Shown: in pieces, positions 50,432-63,510 of the stretch
How the letters are laid out: each line of letters starts with the position of its first letter
Numbering within the stretch: position 1 is the first letter of the stretch
From: Takakia lepidozioides
Lineage: Eukaryota > Plantae > Bryophyta
Direction: 5' to 3'
Length of the DNA stretch: 64,000 bases
Assembly (NCBI GenBank): GCA_030704615.1
Contig: CM060732.1
Span: 62,558,001 to 62,622,000 of the forward strand
The notes under the pieces: model-generated
The model's database searches: none
What the model was told of the DNA's origin: nothing
The model's input: the letters and a program-made list of their open reading frames with translations, nothing else
Translations under genes and position numbers: made by a program

Positions 50432-53045
50432 GTGATGAAACCCTGTAAGACTTTATTTACAACATGTACAATGGGTGAACGTGCATATGATGTGAAGTTC
50501 CCAAAAAGGGGGGGGGAGGAACAAGAAACAAGAGAAGAAAACAAAAAGCTATAGTAAGCTACTCAGCTAGAGAAAAAAACAAAAGCTATAGTAAGCTACT
50601 CAACCAGCGACGAAAACAGAAGCTATAGTAAACTACTCAAGTAGAGCGACCCTCCCAACCAACAGCCTGGAGGAGATCAGGCAAGGAGATACGCAAAGTG
50701 TCAGGCAGAGGTGGAAGACGAGATGACGCGGAGCTAGCCACATCAGCCCGATGCAAAATAGAGATGGCTTGTGCTCTCTGCAAAGCAACTGAAACACGTT
50801 GTCGATAGTAGGCGACAAGGACGGAGGCATGTGGGATGCCAGTGGACCCGCTCTTGGCTGCATGATGTGCATATGTCCGCATGAAATCGTCGAAGTGCCG
50901 GTGCAATGAGCCAAATATTTCGACCGCCAGTGGAAGAAATGTGTCGGTGGGGTGACGATCGTTGTAGTCGCGCTCCTTGGCCTGGGCTGCTACAATGGCT
51001 GCCGTGCCTGGTGTGGTAGCTGTGCGAGATAGCAGATCCGCTCGAGTGGGGTCGGCGAGAACGACATTTGCTAAGGTACGCAAACCATGTCTAGATAGGA
51101 CGATGTCAACACGGCGGCGTGTAGAGTGGGACGTGAGCGTGGGTCGTAGATGTGGTTGCTCACGCAGTACATGATACCCTGTGGCCGGAGAAGGCATCTC
51201 GAAACTGAAGACAAAGTGAGCGCCTGACAAGGCGGTAAAGAACCTCTTCAACTGCGATAGGGCGGATGCCAGTACCTGAGGGTTTGCTCATAGCCAACAA
51301 TCTAGAGGCCCCAAGGAGACGGGCCAATGGGGCAGGGATATGTCCAGCAGCAATAAAGGAGCAAATCTGAAATAGCTGAGAGAAGCCACTAGCAGAGTCC
51401 TGTGGAGAGAAACAATCGCGTAAGTGCTCATACAGGAGACCGGAAGGACCTGCCGCTGCAAGATGGGGACTGCACGTGAAGGCCTGAGTGAAGACCTCCC
51501 GATCTAGCTTGAGATCCTGGTCTGGCTCGAAGTCCTCAACAAAAACCGGTAGAATATCCTGAGCTGATGGGTGAAGGGTTTCGAGGGCAGTGACAATATC
51601 CGGTGATGGAGGCGCTGGTGAGGAAGGTGCTAAAGCCTTGGCCGCGCGTGAGTACTCGCCAACGCGGCCTAACATGAGATTATGACGAAGTCGCTTGTGG
51701 GCCGATGAAGGTGGCTGCGTGGAGGAAGCGGGAGGGGCGCGTGCCGCAAGGGCTAGTGCCCGTAATTGATGCTCATCTTGCAGACTCTCCCAATCTCCAG
51801 ATAAAAAACGGCGAAGACGGATGTGCGTCTCTCTGTGCCCTGACTGACCGCCACGAGGGGGCAAAACCAAACACCACTGAGGAAATAACAAGAAAAAATA
51901 CCATGCTGGTATATCATCAAGATCACGAGCCAGCCTGTCTAAGGGTAGACGGAGTGCCAGTTGGACCTCATGACGTAGTGCCACCGGAATTCTTGAATAA
52001 AGACGAGGCCTTGGCAGTCCTAGCTGAAATGCACCCAGAACATCTAGCGCTGAAAGCCAATGCCAAGCACATGCAGGAGGTGGCGCGTGCAAGACACTGG
52101 GCTGAAATGGAGAAGTACCATTTGTGTGGGACTGATGAAGAGCCGCACACGTGCGCTGGTGTCGCGCAAGCCCTCTGATGCACGCAAAAAGACGACCGCA
52201 AGTTGGGCACGGGGTACAGTCTGATGGGAGAGGCGCCTGCTGTTGGGGTAAGAGTGATGGGGTCGGCAATGCAGGCTGCACAACTGGAGAAGAAGGCACG
52301 TGGAGAGGCTCATGACCAAGAGGAGTTGGGCTGCCTTGAAGCCGCTACCGAGAATGGGATGGAGAACCTGGAGGAGAAGTGACTGGCATGGGACCTCGAA
52401 CCCTACCTGAGAGGCGCAGCGGGGGAGGGCTCAATAGACACTGTGGGAGTTCTTCGGTCGGTGGGGCGCCAATGGAAGAACCTGGAATCAGCGGTGGAGA
52501 AGACCGTTGTGAAGATGACGACTCTTCTTGAACTTGGTGTCTGGAGCTTGGACTCTGGTGTGCATCAGGAACATGTGAGCTAGGGGTAGGGGTACGTTGG
52601 CGTTGGGGTCTTCCAAGAGGAGCAAGTCTTCCAGTAGGAGTAGTTGCGGCTGTGTTCAACACCTCTCGTTGCTCTGGGGAACGAACTGCCAGGGATGGTG
52701 GAATAGGCAGTAAAGGGGTTGTGGTGAGGGCTGGAGTTGGCTGCCTGTACGGCGTCGGGGCTGAATGAGCTGGGGGACGAGCCGATCGAGGCCGCCTGAC
52801 CGGCGTGGGGCCCACTGTTGCACAACGGCCGCTTGATCGCTTAGCGCTGCTACCGCTGTCGCTACTGCCAACACCTCCACTAAGTTGGCGGCGCTGCAGG
52901 CCTTGCCAAGGTCTGGCGGCGACGCCGCTCATCGTACTTCTCGTGTCCACGCTCGTCAGACTCAAAAAGCCCCGTTGTTCACGTGTAGGAATTGCGTTGT
53001 CGAGCGCAGCGTCACGTTGGAGTAAGTAAGCAAGCAAGTCAAGTA
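50432..53045 (-). mobile_element. CRE-clade non-LTR retrotransposon with internal RT deletion
   Basis: C2H2 finger CPTCGRLF...HQRTC; AAGPSG and KP..GIRPIAVEEVLYRL (RT start); RLE RVDIV...ANVVLADPT...KERDY...FLPLAVEIFG...SVALQRAQA. GATC direct repeat at both junctions. In-frame stop at 52345-52347. Confidence 0.9.
50539..50640. repeat. Three tandem copies of AAAACAAAAGCTATAGTAAGCTACTCA in the CRE 3' UTR
   Basis: Directly visible ~37-bp period just downstream of the element stop codon. Confidence 0.85.
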
Positions 53046-55108
53046 GATCAGATTTCCTGCAAGCACAGGACCGTCGGGTCTGCAAAGGCGGCCAATGATT
53101 CCATCCATCTCTCCTTCTATGGCCGTCCTCTTATCCATTAGAGTCATTGTCTCTGCCTTCACGTTTGCCCCCACCATCTTGCTCACTTTCCTGCCTGGAA
53201 TACCGCGACTGTATTTCAACTCCCCACCATACTCCTGTATTCCCCCGCCTTTCTTCTCTGCAGCGTCACAACACCTGTTCCTGTCTCAACCTCGGAAAGG
53301 TCATCGAAGATAATAATACCAAGAAGGTTTGAGACTCCGTTGTCAAAATTTACTACACTAAAAGAGATGTGTCGAGGACACTTGAAGGGCCCCTCTTTGC
53401 AACCCGCAAACCCAACTCCTCTCCTCTATCCATCTCACCAACCACCACACACACACACATTCTCTCTCTCTCTCTCTCTCCCTTAGTTGCTTCTCCTCCT
53501 CATGCCAAAACCCCTTCAAACGGGGTTTTCAGGGGACCCACAGGCAGATGAACGATCTACATTTCAGCTCATTGGCCTTGGACGTTCATTCACAGGCATA
53601 CTGTGCGTGGACAGAGATAGAATGAATGGTAGGAGTCTCCAAACACGCCAGATGTGGATCACACAAGCATCTGCCGCTACTTAGAGAAATTCCTGCTTAA
53701 GGCCAGCGCAGCAGCGCAGAACTGGGCCTTTGCCTTCAAGTGTGCATCTTCAACTGGGTCCCACTCTGGCTTTTCTCTGAATTTTCTTTCTTGGATTGCT
53801 TTCCGAAAACTCTATTGTGACATCTGTCTTGCGATCTCACTACCTTTCCACCGCGGGTGCCTGGATGTGGGTTTCCACGGGCAACAATTGAATTTCTTGT
53901 CCGCTTACTTATTCCATGGTTCAAGCGCAAAACAGCTGATGGAGCCAAATCAAATATGCTCAAGTGAGCGGTCACAGGGGCTTTGACTACGTCTCCTGCA
54001 AGACATTTGTAACATCCATCCGAAAAATCCAAGATTTTGAGAATTCTTCACTGCATCTTCCATTTCATCTCGCTGTTTGTCTCCAGTACATCCAGCTTCC
54101 AACGATGCCTCGGAAATAATAGGCAGCCAGTCAAGGTGGCAGACACGTATGACAAAACTCATCTTGTCGTCCATGAATGTCGTAGCAGGCACTGGGCTTG
54201 TGGGTGATGGTGTTGGTGTAATTGCACGTTGCGGGTTGTTTTCTGGCACCAATTGTGCAGAAGGGTAGTTCGACACTTTCTCCATGCTTTCGTGGTCTTG
54301 CCTTAACTCACCTCAGTTACTTGCCTTTCAAGTAGATCCGTTCGCACATTTGGGGAAGGTTGATCCTCAAGCTATCATGTTTTCTCATAGTCTAACCCCC
54401 TATGTTGTTTCCAGGGCCTTGGCTCTCGGTTGGACACTCTCTGCTGGACACTCTCTGCATAGCTTGGGTGCATTCCGTTAACTTATACTGGATGTAAGGG
54501 GGTCGTATTTGTAGGAAGCGAGGGAGAGTGACAGTGGGATTCCTCAAGAGGCTGCAGCTTCAAGAAACAGGGTCTGAGGCTGGCATATCAGGTCTTGAAT
54601 TTAGGGTTAAGAGCAAGCTGTCTGTAGGAAATCCAAGGCTACTCTCAAAATCCGAATCTGGATTCAATAGCAGATCTATACAGATTGTGTGAAAACGGCC
54701 CTCCTCGGAAGACGATCAGACAAGAATTGCAAAGACAAAGTCATGGCTGCAGACAGATGCTTTTTCCCTTGATTGTATGAGTGCATACATCCTACTAAGG
54801 CTTGAACGAGGAGATTTGTTCGTCACGTTCGGAATTCAACTGTCTAATGTTACTCACCACAACTCTATTTCTAGATATTGAAGGCGGTGAGACTCTTGTC
54901 GAAGGCATCCGCAGGGTCAAGTTCCAGCATGTGGGCAGCTATGATGTCTGAAGACGTTGAGGTCGTTTTGTTACTCAGTGCAGGGAGCTACCAATGACCC
55001 GTCTTGTACTAACTCTTGGGACATCGTTCTGATGCTGCTGTCATAGTATCTCAGGGTACTCGCACAAGTTTCACCCGGGAGGAACAAGGGTGAGGGTTGC
55101 CTTCGAGC

Positions 55109-58100
55109 ATGGGTCTCCCTGGGCCATCGAGTGATGAAACAGAGGAAAGCGGGGGGGCTTTCGTTCGCAGCAGCGTGGCAGCAAATCCGCAGTATGTGCG
55201 TGCGGAAACCATTCAGAGTGCCAGGGATACTTCCGGGGCTGCCAGTAATTTGGTCACGTTGCAGCATGGAAGAGGGCTACCGGACGCCGTCTGGGAGTAC
55301 TCACTATCTGGATTGGCCGGAAGCAAGGCAACAGGGAGGGCTGGGCTTGGGGAGAAGAGCCTATATCGTTCCCTCAAGACTGCTCCTAATCTGGGTGCTC
55401 CGACCTCCATAATTGTTGGTTTTGATGCTCAGTCCTCAGCTTCATCTCATCCTTTGAAACCGACCATCACTGTAGACAGAGCAGAAGCTTCACAGGTGCG
55501 TAAAAATGTTCCTTACAAAGTTGCTGAGTTTCATAATCAGCATGGTGGTGGCTGTTGAAGGTATTTCTGAAATCCACAGCTATTTATTTGTCGTGGCCAT
55601 TTGCCTTAGTATATAGGAGTACCTACCGCTCCAGGACAGTTTTACAGTTCTCCGCCGACCATACAATCCTTGACAGACATTGCTGATTGGTGTGGAGAAA
55701 GTTTCTAATGGAAATTGCTGTAAGTTGTCTGACTTTCACTTCAACACTGGTGCAGGTCTTGCCATATGAGCTGGGCAGCATTTCTCTGTCCCGGGACTCA
55801 GGGAACAATGACTGTGCAGGTATTGTTGTACGCAAAAAGACTTCATCTCCACTTACTGATATGCTGGCATCCGGTCAGAATGAGGGATTGCTGGGATACG
55901 AGAGCGCAGATGATCGAGAGGGGAAAGAGACTGAAGAGCAAGCAACTTCGGGCGCGGGGGGTTATGCCTACAAAGCAGGCAATAGTGGGGGTTATATGAG
56001 CAGTCCTGTCCCCATTCCACGACTCTTTGAGAGGGATCACCCCACCAGAGGCAGAGGCTCAACCCTAGAGCTACAAACAGATGGGCCAGTGCTCTCTCGC
56101 AGGGTAGTCCCAAGCACTGGTGATGCAATCTGTATGGGTGTTGGATCATGTGTTGATAACCAACCTGATCCAGCATTTGGGTTGAAGCGAACAAGCTCTG
56201 GAGGACAGACAGGCAGGGGGTTGCCTGAGAAAGGGAGGTGGCAGGGCACCAGCAAGGAGAAATTCTCCAAGGGTTTCCGGTCACCTCACCCGGGTCTTTC
56301 TCCTGTCCTGTCATTGTCACCCTTGGGACCGCGCTGGCCATCTCCTGCACCAGCAGGTGGTGACACCGGCAGCATGCCTGTAAAGATACGTTTGTGGGAA
56401 TGCTCTGATGCCAACAGGGTGGTATCTCCCACCCACCTGCGCCCAGTGATTTGGGGGTCAGAGTTATTGCATACAGGAGAGCGAGCCAGTGAGGAAGATG
56501 CTGTCCCCAGTATTTCTGAGAATCTTTTTGAGGAAACTGGCATTATTAGTCATAATGTGGTGCCTGGAGCACCCCACAAGCAGCTTGGTGTGGCAAGCTG
56601 GGGATTTGAACCCATGTCAGCACCAACAGGGGGACTTAGGGGTCCGGGAGCCAGCTTCATTGGCCTGCCCACCAGGCGCTCCCTGGTTGGTTCTTTTGAA
56701 GAATCCCTGTTGTCAGGGCGGTTTCTTGCAGGAAAATCTTGCCAGGTTTGTTTGACTTCGCCATAATTCTTGCAGAGAAATTTCTGCTCAGGTTTCTCCC
56801 TGTACTCCTTCCATGGTCAGCTCTACTGCTGGAAACTGGTCTGTTCTGCGGATGACTTTCACTGAGATTTCCTTTCTGTATTTCCTGTTTAAAGTGAGAG
56901 AATGTACTCATAAGACGTTGTTTTCCGTAGCCTTGTGGCCATTGACCCTGCGCTCAGTTTGAGCGGAACCTTAAAGTGAGAGAGAGAGGAAGGGAGAGCT
57001 AGTGGAGAAGATATGTTCGTGAGGTGAAAAGAACCTGAGCAATAGGCGATGACATAGAGTAGCATTGTCAAAACACCTTGCAACGCAGTCCCACCCATGA
57101 TTTTTCAACTTATGGTGTGGATTTGGGCATATTGTGCAAGTCCCACTCTAACCAGTTGCACATGGAGATGATATTGGCTTAAATTGAGGGAAACTGAAGT
57201 TTGGAATCTGCAGATGGGATGGGACTGACCTGACGGTGATATCGTGTATGTTGGTGTGTACTGATGCGGAACAGAGACTCGACGGATTTCTAGCACTGCT
57301 GAGTGTCACAGGTGGCAGCTGGTCACCGCCATTAAGGAGACTACCATTTGCTGTTACGTGTGTGGATGGAGACAGTTCTCTGCTGTATTATGCCTCCATC
57401 GATGTTGCTGGCAGTACCTCAAGAGGCAAAAGCTTCAGTAAAGCAAGGAATAGTCAAAACAATGACTCTCGTGCTTCCAAATCTCGCTTCCGTATCCCCA
57501 TTCGTGGGCGAGTACAACTGGTAGATTTGCCGCTATCATTGAATCATCTGTTCGAAAGACGCTCATTTTTGTCAAGAGTCATCTATAGATAGAGGTTCAA
57601 CAGCCAAATTTGTGTTGGTACACTTTGGAGCTGCACATTGTAGCCTCTCATTCAGCATGCCATCATTCTGGGACCAACTTGATTTTGAGAACAAGAATTG
57701 GACTCCCCACCCACCCTGGCTGTTGCCATGGTAGTTTACAGCAAACGGAGTTCACTCATTCTCAGATTGCATCTTGAAAGGCTTTTCAAACTATTCATTC
57801 TGTACGTAGGGCGTTCATAAAATCAAGGCAGTATGCTGACTGCAAGTAATGCGGGTGTGTAGGTTCTAAGCAATCCCGAGATGACACCTGTGCATACATT
57901 CATTTGTAGCTACGATTTGACAGACATGCCACCTGGCACCAAGGTGTGTTTCTTGTTTCTCAGGCATAGGTGTGTTGTTGATTTGGTCAACTGGGTTTTT
58001 CTTAAGCTAAGAGGAGGCAGTGCAAGCAATCCAGACAGTTGTGTGGTTGTTGCTAGCCGGTCAGGCACAAGCTAGTACTGGCCTGGTCGCTACTTCAGAT

Positions 58101-60305
58101 CAATCATCTGGTAGCTGACGCCTCTTATTGAACCTAATCATATTTGAGGAAAATTTCTTCAAGCATCATTCAGCTATGGATTTTCTCACGGTTATTTCAT
58201 GTACTTTAGTGCAGCTGGCCTGTGAGCTTTGTGTCCTTAATGGAGTTTTTTGGTTTTGTTTGACTGGCCTGTAGACGTTCCTACGCCATAAGGTGTCATT
58301 AGCATCAAGTGGATCCTCATCAACACCTACAAAAGAGTCTGGTCAAATGGGCTCGGATCCAAGATTGAGTAGGCCCTCTGGGTCCTCACGAGCAGGGGCA
58401 TGGTGTAGCTTCTCCAACTTTATTGGCAGTGTCAGCCCTAAGGGTGGGGCATTAGGCATGTACAGCGGTCAGAAGTGGCAAGGAAAAGATAGGGGCATGG
58501 AACATAGCTTTAGGGATGATAGTTTAGACACAGATCAAAGCATCTTCAGGAACAACCATGGTAGCTTTAGAGGAAATGAAAATCTCTGTGCGCAGCTTAG
58601 CCCCAAGCATTGCAGTACAGACACATGTGGAAGGATAAATTCAACTAAGAAAGAATATCATGAAAGGGATGAAACTGTGCAAGGGTGTGGTACCCTGTGT
58701 AAGATCGTGGACAGCGAGGCAGAGAAACCCAGTAGCTTTGCGTTTAGCCAGGAGCATCAAGGATTGGGCACCAAGTTCACTGGCACAGTGGGAGGTCTAG
58801 GTAGCTTTAGTCAGGAGCAGACTGAACCCGTGATCACTCCAGCAATTGGAGGTTTAGCCAACTTTAGGCAGGAGCATGATGCACAGGGCAGCAAGCCACT
58901 TGGGGCAATGGGAGGTTTGGTGAGGAAAAGTGGGTCTGACAGTTGCAGGAATGGAGTAAGCCAGGGAAGTGCCAAAAGTGGAGAAGGGGGTGGGAGCGTG
59001 CTGCGTTATGCTCTTCATCTTCGGTTCATGTGCCCCCCTCTTAGAAGCCAAGGGAAAGAGAAAGTAGAGAATGGCCAGTCATTGAACATTTCTACACCTC
59101 CATGTGCAGTGACCAAAGGTTCAGATTTGGAAGATGAACGACGCTTCTATATCTATGGGGATTTGCGTGTGGTCTTCCCACAGCGGCAGTCTGACGCTGA
59201 TGAGGGCAAGGTATGCTCTCTTCTCTTGGGACTCCAGCCGTGTTGTACTTCTTCCGCCAACTGTAGCCACTGTTTTGAAAACGAAGAGGATGCCTTTGTG
59301 AGCTCTGAATGCAGGCACTAACATTTCCCCATCCTGTTGTCCCCTACAGTAATGCTGAATCAATCAAAATTTATACAACCGCAGGTTTTCAAGCTCTGAA
59401 TACCTGCAATTAACTCCCTTTCCTTCTTGAAGAATGAAAACAAATATGTGAAGGGTGAAAGCTTTTTAGACGACAGCACGCAAAAGTCAATCCGTTAGGG
59501 GGCAACCAAATGTACACTAAGGGCTTGGGGTTCAGTGACACCTTGTGGAGGCCACACGTTAACACAATCAGAGTAGAGGCACCACTAGCAGGAAACTTCC
59601 GGTGACAATCCTTTTGAACTCCCGACTTCAATCTCTCCATGCTTTAACATTCAATTGGAAACTCTGGACATGTGATACTGGCAACAAAAGTTTATTTGGG
59701 ACCAACGTCAGTGTGCTATTGGACGTGGTCACATGATTTCCCAGTAGCTATGTTGTGGGGTGTGTCTTCTTAACAAGGCACATGCCCCATCTGGATCTAT
59801 TGTTTTAGTTCTGGGATAGGCCTGTCTGTGGCAGTCTGCCACCTGCACAAATCACTGTTGTCTGTTATCAACTTCTGAATGGCCAAGTAGTCAGTGCAGT
59901 TTACATATAGCGAGGCTGCAATCAGGACTTGATGGATCTGTCTAGGCTGTTTGCATGGTAGGTATGTCGAATCTAATTTGGTGTTGGAAGTGCAGCAGGG
60001 TGTGACCCTGCCCCTTGTTATTGCATGTGGGTCACTCAAACTGCTTTAGCAGTGCTGCCCATGCACACATGGGATGTGAGAGATGTACATGGATTCTTTA
60101 GCAGTTGTGTCCCTGCATTACAGCTGGGTAGGTACCTGTGCTCGTGACAGGGCTTGAATCTTTCACCGTCCCTTCCTCAGAATAAGCTTTGATATTGATG
60201 GAGTTTGTCCGTTGGACTGTGATTTTGGTTTTGGTCTTCCTGTGGCAGCTACAAGTGGAGTACGATTTTCCAGCAAATCCCAAGTATTTTGAGTACAGCT
60301 GCTAG
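55109..60305 (+). CDS. DUF4210 / Chromosome_seg domain protein (Atos/FAM214-like)
   Basis: Six in-frame exons 55109-55495, 55756-56745, 57275-57520, 57863-57943, 58275-59210, 60249-60305. Motifs RRSLVGSFEESLLSGRF, RIPIRGRVQLVLSNPEMTPVHTF, LRYALHLRF, RVVFPQRQSDADEGKL, PANPKYF. Confidence 0.93.
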
Positions 60306-61340
60306 CTCACCACCGCACTCTCCGTCTGCATCATCTTATTTCTTGTGTTACCATGAATGCCCTCTTTAACGTGTGTGTGTGTTCAGTTAAGGAAGCATTT
60401 CCCTCCAAGTCGCCCATAAGGGCTTCTCTCACTTTTGTGGGGTTACTTGCAATTGACTCTCCTTTGTCTCTCTTTTGGATGCCTACTGTAAATAAATTTC
60501 TAACAAGTGCTTTGTCTATAAACAGCTTGTGAATTGTGTAAATAGTTTGACAGTTAGCTGAACTTGCAGGGGGTTTATTTCCTGATTGCTTCCCATCCTC
60601 CGAGTTAAAGAGGGCTTGGCTCTTGGCCGCTACTCAATACAGAGTAAAGAGCGGAACCCTTAGATTGTCCTTGAGCGCTACGCTGCAAAGCTCCACCACT
60701 GTAGAGCATTTGTCTTTTTCAATGCTGGTAAGGTTGGAGGTGGTCTTCTGCATGCATTGTGTGGGATTCAGCCTTGACGGACCACAGACCTTTGGTGCCC
60801 TTCATGTGACATTCTTAACCATCGCCGTCCCAAACATATATAATAGATGCACTTGGATCTATTAGTGGCACTTAAAGGGCGGATTTGGCTCAGCCAATGA
60901 GAGCCTGGTCGCAGAGATAACTGCTGACAGACACCTTTTGCTGCAATACAGAAAGTTCAAACACTCTCATTGGATGGCTTCCGCCTCATAGACTGGGTCT
61001 CAGCATTGCAGGACACCTGGTTTAAGTTCTATGTGAGAAGTGGCCCTAGCTGATTTGTACACTGATGTGTTTACTTTCAAGTTGTCACCATGCTGGATGG
61101 ACACGCTTGACGAGGAGAGAGTCCCCAGCCTCCACTACCGGGATATATACATGCTAAGACCGAGCCCCACAGCCTTGAGAGGGATCATTCTGCAGATAGA
61201 AATGATGCCAACGACAGTTAAAGTATTTTGTCTCCGAGTCCCTTTCCATTTCAAAAAAGAAAGGAAAGAAAAACCTGAAGTTTGAAGACTTATTTAATTC
61301 GAAGCGGCAGCGTCCCCTGACTTGGAAGTGCACAGGAGCT

Positions 61341-61929
61341 ATGGCCGTGCTAGAGATGGCGCTGGGCGCTCTTCTACCGCCAGGAGCTTGCTCGTCGCAC
61401 CGAACCTATCTCAATATACCTTCTGGGTCTTACCCCTTGACGCTCTCTCCCATTATATTCAGAAATGTCTCTTCGCATTTCTCCTGGAATCCGTCTTCAA
61501 AGTTGCAGAAGAGGAGGAGGGGCCCAGGAGGGGTTTCGGTGGGCGAGGTCCGTCTCACGAGAGCCTCGTCAGGTGCAGATCAGGAAGGAGAGTCAGAAAG
61601 GAATTTTCTTCCACCAGTAAGCCTTTACTCTCTCTGCTCCATCAATGGCCATGAGTTTGGCAGTTGAGTGTTCACACTTGAAATATATGCGGGATTGTGA
61701 TAGCTATCACTGTCTTAATCAGCAGGATTTTTTGTACCTGGGCAAGCTCGCCGCGGGCTGTGTTGCGGGTGCAATTGTGGTGAAGTATGGCAGCATCCTG
61801 GTGCCCTCCATTACCAGGCCAAATCTCAACCAAGCACTACTCATGATTAGCACTCCAGTCTTCGTAAGTGTAGTTTTGTTAACACTGGCCGGTGTTAAGC
61901 GGTTGGATAAAGTCGAAGATCAACAGTGA
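61341..61929 (+). CDS. Small predicted plastid membrane protein (transit-peptide-like N-terminus, two TM helices)
   Basis: Exons 61341-61616 and 61723-61929 join in frame. The tail YLGKL...KYGSILVPSITRPNL..AL.MISTPV resembles a conserved plant protein of unknown function. Confidence 0.8.
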
Positions 61930-63510
61930 ATGCTGGTAATCAAGTTCAGTTCCCCGAAGCAAGTTAGAATCCGTCTCTCGACCTTTGCTCACTATTATTT
62001 GTTGAAGAGAATTCCTGTTGCAATACCAGGGTCCGCAGTTTTTCTCATGCTAAAATAGAGAAATGTTAGAATGATGAAGTTTTATGTGGACGAATAAATG
62101 CCCGATCACGGATATAAGTAGAAGTGTTGTGGAGATGCCCCATGCTGCTCTTAATGTTGGTGCACACCAGACGAGTCCGCTTTGTGTGTAGGACTCTGGT
62201 GGTCGTGGAGGATTTATTCGTCTGATGAGATGATGGTGACGTCCATTACCTGAGCAACCTGTAAGCAATCAAGATTCGATGTTCTTTGAGCTCACGTGGG
62301 GGAGACAAACAGAAAGCTAGTGACAAAAGTATGGTATAGGTCGCTATGTGCGAGAGGTTGCCCAGTTCCTAAAGTAGCAACATGTGGCGATTGTGCTCCA
62401 GTACACACAGCCTCCTTCAAGCTCATTATGAAAACTTTTGTTGTCAATGTGAAATCTTCAGTGCTGAGGGTTACAACAAGTAAGCATTGGGACACTCAGT
62501 AAGGAGAAGAAAATGAAGTGTATTTAGGCACAAACCAAGAAGAATAGATTAGTCACAAACAGTGTTATAGAATGTGGCCTGTCACTGGGGCTCCTTGAGC
62601 TCATTCCTCTTTGTGAATCGAGACTTGAATCCATGCACTACAATCTTTGAAAGAGTTTGGCACAAATTCTTGACTCTGTGGGTTGCTCCTGTCGAGAGAG
62701 GGCTGTATCCTAATGCCCATTGTGTTTCAAGGCTTTAGTAGCATGCACTCATGCTTAGCAAACACTTCGCGATCCATTCATGGACACACAACATTTCCAC
62801 ACGAGAAGATCATGAGTGCACCCTCCGCATACACTACGCTTTCGGGAGCTGGGGTGTTCTCCGCATGTTCTTCTTTTCTGGGAAGATTTTCTCTTCAGTA
62901 ATTGTTCTTCTTCTTGTGCTTCTCTGGGCAGCGTTTTCTTATGTGAGTGTTCCTCTGATACTTCCTGGAGTCACCGTTGTCTGTGAAGAGACACCTTCTA
63001 AGTAATCCGTTCCTGTTTATAGCTGATTGAGTTCACACCCGTTTTAATATTGAATGCTCGTCTCTGGTTCCTCTAAGTTAGAGGTTGCTGGTTTCTGGCC
63101 CTCAGAGTCGCCCTTGGGTCTGAAGAGACACTGCTTCTGAACAGAGGAGGGAATTGGAAACAGGAAGTCTCTGATTTTCTGCATATTTTCTTATTTCAAT
63201 GTCGTGTTATGAAAGCTTAGGACTTTCATTGTGCAAGTTGTAAAAGAGGAATCTACAAGCTGCAAGTGGTACTATTTGGCATTTGAAAGTTGGAAAGCGA
63301 ATTGAGTGTTCTCACCTAAAACGTTATTGAAGCTCCTTCTGTCCAAATGGAGGTGGAACACAAGGTATAATGCCTTAATAGCATACTAGTTCATCTAGTG
63401 GAAAGCCAGTGACTTGGTGAGATCATCAGTCATCTTGAACGAATTCTGAGGGAGAATCAGTTTGGCAGCAACAACTTGGAGGATGCTGAAGTACTTTTGC
63501 TGTGGGACTG

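Larger units (their letters stand above)
50100..53177 (-). pseudogene. PSMD9: 26S proteasome assembly chaperone PSMD9/NAS2, exon 1 interrupted by a LINE
   Basis: MVGANVKAETMTLMDKRTAIEGEMDGIIGRLCRPDGPVLAGNLI (53177-53046) resumes as DIE|gt (50427-50419); the next exon GLPRTDIDIPAVRAD starts at 50154. PDZ exons not found. Confidence 0.88.
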
